Of a stretch of 64,000 bases of DNA, positions 60,701 through 64,000 are shown in pieces (positions within the stretch are counted from its first letter, which is position 1; each line of letters begins with the position of its first letter). This DNA is from Candidatus Sumerlaeia bacterium (GTDB lineage: Bacteria > Sumerlaeota > Sumerlaeia > SLMS01 > JANRJK01). The translations under genes were made by a program, and so were the position numbers. The stretch covers positions 448,001-512,000 of the forward strand of contig JANRJK010000013.1 of assembly GCA_033764015.1 (NCBI GenBank), read 5' to 3'. Below the pieces are notes generated by a model. It had not been told where the DNA came from, ran no database searches, and saw nothing but the letters and a program-made list of their open reading frames with translations.

Positions 60701-61754
60701 GATGACGCAGCCCTGCATCGGCATCCGCAACGCCCAGATGCGCCTCGTGGTCGAGGCCCGCGCCGGCAGCATCGCCGGACTCGGCGACCTCGTGATCGAA
60801 GCGAACAACCCCTACTTCGGCAACACGGCGGGCTGGGAAGTGATCGACTTCCAGTCGACCCCGGACTTCACCCCGGTCGCCGTCGTTCCGAACGCCACGG
60901 TCGCCGCGACGCCGATCGGCGACGCCATTGTCGTCGACCTTGATCCGCGCTCGTGGGTCCTGATCCCGACCGCCGGCAACATCCAGTACCGCTTCCGCTT
61001 CCAGAACGCGACGAACGGCAACAGCACCGCCGATTCGATCGAGTTCGGATCCGGCGGCAATACGGCCGCCAACCGCCACCGCCGCTCGAACCTCGTGATC
61101 GGCGAAGTGCTCCTTCCGACGCAGAACGAGTGCGGCTTCAATCCGCCGGGCTTCGGCGTCGACCTCGAGCTCGATCCGCTTCCGGCCCTGTCGGTGCAGG
61201 ACGGCTGGGTGATCGAGTCGGCCCAGGGGTCTGAAGTCGGGCTCCAGCGCGACAACGGCAACCGCGAGGTCCGCTTCGGCGACACCGGCCTCAACCAGCA
61301 GCAGAAGGGCTTCCTCGGCTTCGACACCTCCCAACTCGACCTGCTGTACCCGGGCGCGGAGATCGTCAGCGCGCAGATCGAGGTCACCCGCTTCGGCGTT
61401 ACTGGCAATCCGGCCAGCCTCGGGCGCATCTACGTCCAGATGCTGTGCCCGAACCAGGTCGCCTACTGGGGCCTGTCGCCTGTGCTCGAGCAGGAAGACT
61501 TCGCCGGCTGCGAGTTCATCGGCGACGCCACGGCGACCGCTCCCGAGTTCCCCGCGGCCGATGGCGATACCGTGCTCTGGACGCTCAGCCCCGAGGCCCT
61601 CGCCGCCATCAACCGCAACGGCTCGACGCAGTTCCGCCTCGTGTTCGAGCAGCCCGACAACGACAACAACCTGACCGACCACCTCGGCATCTTCTCGGCC
61701 AACTACTTCGATACTGAAGCAAGGCCCAAGCTGCTGCTGACGATCCGCCAGTAA
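51774..61754 (+). CDS. Giant (~3,330 aa) secreted surface protein/adhesin with roughly 30 Cys-containing HYR/Ig-like repeats
   Basis: GGAGA then GTG; signal peptide ending ALA-Q; about 80-aa repeats D..PPTAVCQ.ITV.L...DNGS.DNC...FDC...G.N.VTLTVTD..GN...C.ATVTV; two tandem non-repeat C-terminal domains. Confidence 0.9.
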   Translation: MISSKLHDTLHATRRLAALGAAALLAMLPVGALAQSFNLEGNYIFLPVDNTGADGNANYGRFVREDIMSGGRYNPAGGATWGTVNDFWYPAAPTANYSISIAGAIPSVRANGVGWSSGLPTVTNLSSGSFNTVRISGYPYFNGASLPASTIQVYYERTATFHDDWEYIQIDHVLRNEGTVASPVIKTVDSVDGDQGFEQTGWTRLGTYNDVFPNSSPTHARSWIETPTYPRGLSMAIVSFAPGRVLSIESATGVTNPDDVLLSPADPEGIEANLSMNCAFNHGTLDPGEEITWTVYYVFNDSEFAVRNFIGPTAYAKDVTVSIGPGGTVNVPASSVNDNSTVFDIPGVFTLSESDFDCSELGANPVTLTVTDAGGRTSTATATITVLDTTAPTAVCQNVTLALGPGGITTISPAAINNGSSDNCGTAFSVSPTSVSGLGAFPGVVLTVTDPSGNTSTCSATVTVTDQTPPTVTGQNITVNLLGPTGTFTITPASVIATESDNVGITTRTVSQTDFDCTDLGPNVVTITVGDAAGNTATATATVTVRDNTPPTAVCAPLTVNIDATGNASITGASIDGGSTDTFCGITSRTASPNAFTGASLALSPISVTLTVTDAGGNTATCTTNVTVNDIIAPTAIAQNITVDLNAAGSVTITPAQINNGSTDNSTLTGGPAPTLGLDVTSFDCADIATNPNPVVLTVTDSRGNTATAAATVTVRDVTAPNAICQNITLSLNASGIAAFSTPSSLNNGSTDACGPLTHAASRATSPADLATINWATDSSQNGASSGTLAGVAATLAGFDGAGAGGTAATDASLATRAFINGVTGVGGASFSTRYAILDVTATAGQANHTISFASPIHNPVISLWRYSQTNMVVDLPDGLSVSVADSNGGVTTLSGNRFQLTGGANSDGNGISIQITGSVTAIPFNVLSTSGNQTIRTTVGTTFRNAPFDYLGSQLGANTAVLQVSDGAGNVGTCNATVTVNDLIPPTFTSQDITVSIGPGGTVTVTPTTNGLTSALNDNSTLTGAPAPTITINGGPSVTYNCSQIGPQVVTLLATDSSGNTTTSTQTVTVEDNGDPTAVCQDVTVFLSSPTLTPLAVDGGSFDACGSIATRTLSQTSFDCSDVGFVNVTLTVFDSSGNTDTCTATVEVIDDIAPTAVCQPITITLASPGTATISAADIDNGSSDNCGASPSLSIDIDTFDCTMLGSNNVELTVTDASGNVSTCNTTVTVQDGGFCNPPTVVTQNVTVILNGSGNGSTTPAAVDNGSSDPEGGPVTLSLDITNFDCSDTAAAVTVTLTVEDASGLTSTGTALVTVLDTANPVLVGCPSNTTLTNDFNACGATVSFPTPTATDNCSAVVSLTGGLPSGSLFPVGTTTVTFTATDPSGNTDTCSFDVTIDDAQQPTITGCPAPISVNNDAGLCSAIVTFPTPGVTDNCPGATISQTAGLASGAAFPAGTNTVVFTAEDAAGNTSTCSFDVTVNDTEGPTAVCMPATVTLDATGNATLDPADLDGGSLDNCTGSLTYGATQTAFTGASLSLSPITVTLTVTDPGANSSTCTTTVTVNDAIPPTISASDTTVFLDGSGNVTIVTGDFSPVVGDNSTLTGGPAATVSITSTPTAFDCADAGGTFPVTLQATDSSGNTATTSVNVTILETTPPTAVCNNVTVTLDLLLGTGSTTAAILGAGSTDNCAISTITATQTSFTVADLPLSPVAVTVTVTDTSGNSSTCTANVTVQAQPSAPPTAICVGGPLTINLDATGSFTLDPAAFDGGSFDDQGIASLSVSPAVVTCADVGPPEVVTLTVTDTSGQTATCTSSVLVFDIVPPVAVCVPSLTVSINALGFEFLDGSLLDAGSTDACGVGLLEPVPSFFLGPDAGSVIPVQLRVVDIYENESFCTTNVTVQDIIPPVVDAQDITSFLDAAGSVTITAADINVFPPTFPTAPFTPPATGTYDNLWITGGAYPTLLINGQPSITFDCGELNTDQVVTLTATDVFGNSATATATVSVRDIIPPTISCPTNINVNTDLDQPTAVVAFADATGNDNCPPPTITRTGGSASGSAFPIGVSTITYTAEDASGNTTTCSFTITVTDNQAPDVLTQDITVQLDGTGNVVITPSQVDNGSSDNSGLPVTLSLGPGQTDFNCSEVGPNVVTLTVTDAFGNAATGTATVTVQDTIAPNAVCQNITVQLDASGSATITPADIENGSTDNCGVDFPLSTLDVSSFDCSDVGPNPVVMTVYDVNGNSDTCTATVTIEDIIVPTAICQPVTVFLDATGNASTTAAAVDNGSTDNCSLLSLALDDTDFTGADLGPNPVVLTATDVNGNSATCATTVTVDDLIPPTMATQDITVFLDASGNVTITPSDVDAGTTDNSTLTGGPAPVLSLGPGETDFDCADIATNPNVVTLTATDAEGNSATATATVTVIDAVPPTALCQDRTVFLDATGNASVTPAEIDNGSSDACGVDNLALDVTAFTGADLGPNPVLLTIEDVNGNTSTCAATVTVLDVIDPVVLTQDITVFLDSNGDVSIVPADVDGGTTDNSTLTGGSAPVLTLDEQDFDCSEVGPNVVTLTATDSSGNSASATATVTVVDAVPPVALCQNVTVYLGPSGTGTTTAAAVDNGSNDACGIDTLVLSQTLFTGADLGVNPETLTVTDVNGNSSTCSANVTVLDIIPPDAVCQNITVDLTAGGSATITAAQVDGGSTDNVAIQSLAVSPNAFSCANVGPNTVVLTVTDTSGNTDTCTATVLIRDVTPPVAICRDVTVNLNGSGTGTTTPAAVNNGSNDACGIQSLALDVTSFDCADLFVPNPVVLTVTDNNGNTATCGANVTVLDAIPPTFTNCPPYQLTSLIPPGGVLVANTAGGFDFNILGLPPATDFGFDNCLDGLTVDVSPTFVPLGCTTITFTLTDSSGNTSTCDTPVFVGEDYGGCLSIDSLFQQDLTIIEGSTAGTGGQTQLASRRIVIGDTVQNRQQRGVLGYQMTQPCIGIRNAQMRLVVEARAGSIAGLGDLVIEANNPYFGNTAGWEVIDFQSTPDFTPVAVVPNATVAATPIGDAIVVDLDPRSWVLIPTAGNIQYRFRFQNATNGNSTADSIEFGSGGNTAANRHRRSNLVIGEVLLPTQNECGFNPPGFGVDLELDPLPALSVQDGWVIESAQGSEVGLQRDNGNREVRFGDTGLNQQQKGFLGFDTSQLDLLYPGAEIVSAQIEVTRFGVTGNPASLGRIYVQMLCPNQVAYWGLSPVLEQEDFAGCEFIGDATATAPEFPAADGDTVLWTLSPEALAAINRNGSTQFRLVFEQPDNDNNLTDHLGIFSANYFDTEARPKLLLTIRQ
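52707..60530 (+). repeat. Tandem array of ~240-nt coding repeats (HYR-like domains)
   Basis: Recurrent motifs in translation; the near-identical block GACAACTCGACGCTGAC(C/G)GG occurs near 53763, 54828, 56568, 58875 and 59382. Confidence 0.9.
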
Positions 61755-61787
61755 CCGCCGCGGGACGAGCCGCTCCCACCAACTCCC

Positions 61788-61828
61788 ACCCCGGGAGGCG
61801 TACCACCGCCTCCCGGGGTTCTTCTTTT
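61788..61828 (+). terminator. Rho-independent terminator
   Basis: ACCCCGGGAGGCG-TACCAC-CGCCTCCCGGGGT followed by TCTTCTTTT. Confidence 0.85.
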
Positions 61829-61845
61829 CCGGGGAACTCCCCGGG

Positions 61846-61873
61846 TTGCGTTGGGCGGAGGGCTGCCTATACT
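61846..61873 (+). promoter_or_regulatory. Putative sigma70 promoter
   Basis: TTGCGT-N16-TATACT about 30 nt upstream of the ATG at 61904, which has an AAGGAGG ribosome-binding site. Confidence 0.5.
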
Positions 61874-61903
61874 CGATCGCAATGATCGCCAAGGAGGCAT
61901 CCG

Positions 61904-62491
61904 ATGGCCAGCCTCGCTCGATTCGCCCCCCTCGCAGCAGCCATGCTGTTCCTATGCGGGTGCAGCATGTCCCGCACGACGACCACCACCCGGACCGCTG
62001 TGGAGCAGGCGCTCCTGACGAGAAGCGCGGAGGAGTCGCTCGGGACCCAATCGCTTGCCGGGTTCGAAGGGCGGAGCTTCCACATCGAGGATATCGGCTT
62101 CGACCACCCGCAGGCGGCGCAGCTTGCCCGTGAGTTCGAAGAGCGGCTCCTCGCCGCCGGAGGTAGGCGCGCCGCCGACGCCGCTTCCGCCGATCTCGTG
62201 GTCGTTCCGCTGGTCGACTATGCCGCGATCGACGACGACGAGGTGTTGATCGGCCTCCCGGCGCTGACGCTGCCGATTCCTGGAGCGACAGCCGTGGCGT
62301 TTCCCGAGCTGGCCCTCTACAAGAGGTCGAACCAGCAAGGCCGCGCCTCCCTCGGGTTGCTGGCGCGCGACGCCCGCACCGGGGAACTCGCGGTCCACGC
62401 CGCCCCGCAGTGGGGGGTGAAGTTCTACACCCGGTACAAGTTCCTATTCTTCTTCACGTTCCGCACCACGAACCTTGGTGGGCCGTTCTAG
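61904..62491 (+). CDS. Putative lipoprotein (DUF6655/MafA-like)
   Basis: Lipobox LCGC; RTAVEQALL motif; LIGLPAL.LPIPG...FPELALYK; strong RBS. The family call is from memory. Confidence 0.7.
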   Translation: MASLARFAPLAAAMLFLCGCSMSRTTTTTRTAVEQALLTRSAEESLGTQSLAGFEGRSFHIEDIGFDHPQAAQLAREFEERLLAAGGRRAADAASADLVVVPLVDYAAIDDDEVLIGLPALTLPIPGATAVAFPELALYKRSNQQGRASLGLLARDARTGELAVHAAPQWGVKFYTRYKFLFFFTFRTTNLGGPF

Positions 62492-62633
62492 CGGCAACGC
62501 GGTGTTGCGGTCGATTATCGCTTTCTTCGACAAACCCGGGTCGGCCCGAATCGACTTGAATGCACCAAGGACGCGCGGAAAGCTCGACAGAAGACTCCCG
62601 GACAGAGCCGGGGGCACGTTGGGGGAACCACAA

Positions 62634-64000
62634 ATGCAGCTTCGCAAGAACGCCATCATCGCGTCCATTTTCACCGCTTTCGCAGCCACCGGCGCCGCAC
62701 AGACCGCCAGCTCCGCCGCGCGGGTGGAACTCGTTGGCCGGCTGGAATCGGAGGCCGCGCTGCGGGCCGCCGAGGTTCGGGACTTCTCCGCGCGGACCGG
62801 CGTGCCGGTGCGAACGCAGGTCGACGGGGGCGGGCTCGCGGGGCTCGTCCGCGTTGAGCCCGGCCGACCGCCGCGGTTCGTGGCCGAGGAGAACATCAAC
62901 GCCGCCATCTCGACCAACGCCAACCAGGTGCGCGGGAATCCCACGTTCCTTTCCGTCGACGGAACCGGCGTCATTGTCGGCAAGTGGGATGGCGGCATGG
63001 CGCGCACGACGCATCAGGAGTTCAACTTTCCCGCAGGTCCCTCCCGCATCACGGTGATCGACGGGACGACGACGGTTTCCAGCCACGCGACGCATGTGGC
63101 CGGGACGATGGCCGGCGCCGGGGCGAACGCGGCGGCGCTCGGCATGGCGCCGGGATCGACGGTCTGGTCGGCGGACTTCTTCGACGACACGCCCGAGATG
63201 GCGCCCGCCGCCGCCGATGCGCCCGGCCAGACGAACCGCATCTACCACTCGAACCACTCCTACGGCCTCATCGCTGGCTGGATCTCGGGCGACTTCGGCG
63301 CGGGTGGAGGCGTCTACTGGTTCGGCAACTGGGGCGACGTCGAGGACTCCGGCTTCGGCCTCTACGACGGCTCGGCGCGGGACGTCGACGACATCGTGTT
63401 CAACTCACCCTACTACCTGCCGATCAAGTCGTCCGGCAACGACCGCGACGATGCGCCCCCCTCGAACGGGTCTTCCTTCTTCCGCTGGGATCCGGTGGCG
63501 GAGGACTGGGTGGCGGAGGTCTACGACTCGTCGATCCATCCGGGCCAGGACGGGAACGGCGGCGCCGGCTACGATAGCGTTTCCTACAACGGTGTGGCGA
63601 AGAACATCCTCACCGTGGGAGCCGTCACGGATGCGGTATCCGGCGGCGTCCGCAGCGTCTCCTCCTCGTTCCAAAGCGGCTTCTCGAGCTGGGGTCCCGC
63701 GGACGACGGACGCCTGAAGCCCGAGCTCGTCGGCAACGGCGTCTCCCTCTTCTCCAGCCTCGCCGGTTCGGACACGTCCTACGGCAACGCCTCGGGCACC
63801 TCGATGTCGGCACCGAACATCTCCGGCACCGCGTCGCTCCTGATCCAGTACTACCGCCTCCGCTTCCCGGGCGGCGACATGCGCGCGTCGACGCTGAAGG
63901 GCCTCCTGATCCACACCGCCGACGACATGGGGCCCGCCGGCCCCGACTACCAGAACGGCTTCGGCCTCGTGAACGGGCTGGCCGCCGCCCAGCAGATCCA
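62634..64000 (+). CDS. Secreted S8 serine peptidase (3' end runs off the window)
   Basis: Translated by hand: signal peptide MQLRKNAIIASIFTAFAA; VGKWDGG, HATHVAGTM, SNHSYG, KSSGND, AKNILTVGAV, SSWGPADDGRLKPEL, SGTSMSAP. Confidence 0.93.
   Translation, partial: MQLRKNAIIASIFTAFAATGAAQTASSAARVELVGRLESEAALRAAEVRDFSARTGVPVRTQVDGGGLAGLVRVEPGRPPRFVAEENINAAISTNANQVRGNPTFLSVDGTGVIVGKWDGGMARTTHQEFNFPAGPSRITVIDGTTTVSSHATHVAGTMAGAGANAAALGMAPGSTVWSADFFDDTPEMAPAAADAPGQTNRIYHSNHSYGLIAGWISGDFGAGGGVYWFGNWGDVEDSGFGLYDGSARDVDDIVFNSPYYLPIKSSGNDRDDAPPSNGSSFFRWDPVAEDWVAEVYDSSIHPGQDGNGGAGYDSVSYNGVAKNILTVGAVTDAVSGGVRSVSSSFQSGFSSWGPADDGRLKPELVGNGVSLFSSLAGSDTSYGNASGTSMSAPNISGTASLLIQYYRLRFPGGDMRASTLKGLLIHTADDMGPAGPDYQNGFGLVNGLAAAQQI

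Overview
A very GC-rich bacterial chromosomal segment, mostly core or housekeeping genes. I found no rRNA, tRNA, CRISPR array, transposase or prophage. From left to right: (1) 1-15.7 kb, a tightly coupled minus-strand Wzx/Wzy-type polysaccharide operon (WecB/TagA-type transferase with a degenerate sugar-transferase N-domain, five GT4s, GT2, Wzx, Wzy/O-antigen-ligase-like protein, Wzc-like co-polymerase with a dead kinase domain). It embeds an APH/choline-kinase-like kinase, a Pol-beta-type nucleotidyltransferase and an AlkP/NPP-family enzyme. (2) An esterase, a DUF695/RraB-like protein, signal peptidase I, an SDR and smc, with DnaA-box-like sites upstream of smc. (3) A multi-PAS hybrid histidine kinase, a DegT-like protein lacking its catalytic Lys, and a DUF2760-Hsp70 pair. 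(4) phoH, a 7TM-HD (PgpH-like) gene and a his operon with two unusual fusions (HisC-HAD and HisA-HisI-HisE), whose sequences look like fungal/oomycete His proteins, then an NtrC-type regulator. (5) A subtilase, a stand-alone infB with GDRPQ repeats, a Cys-motif hypothetical protein, hpf and a PPi-type pfk. (6) A ~3,330-aa secreted HYR-like repeat protein, a lipoprotein and a second, truncated subtilase. The best candidates for something undescribed are the kinase/NTase/AlkP glycan-modification module and the eukaryote-like his operon. All family assignments come from motif recognition by eye; no searches were run.
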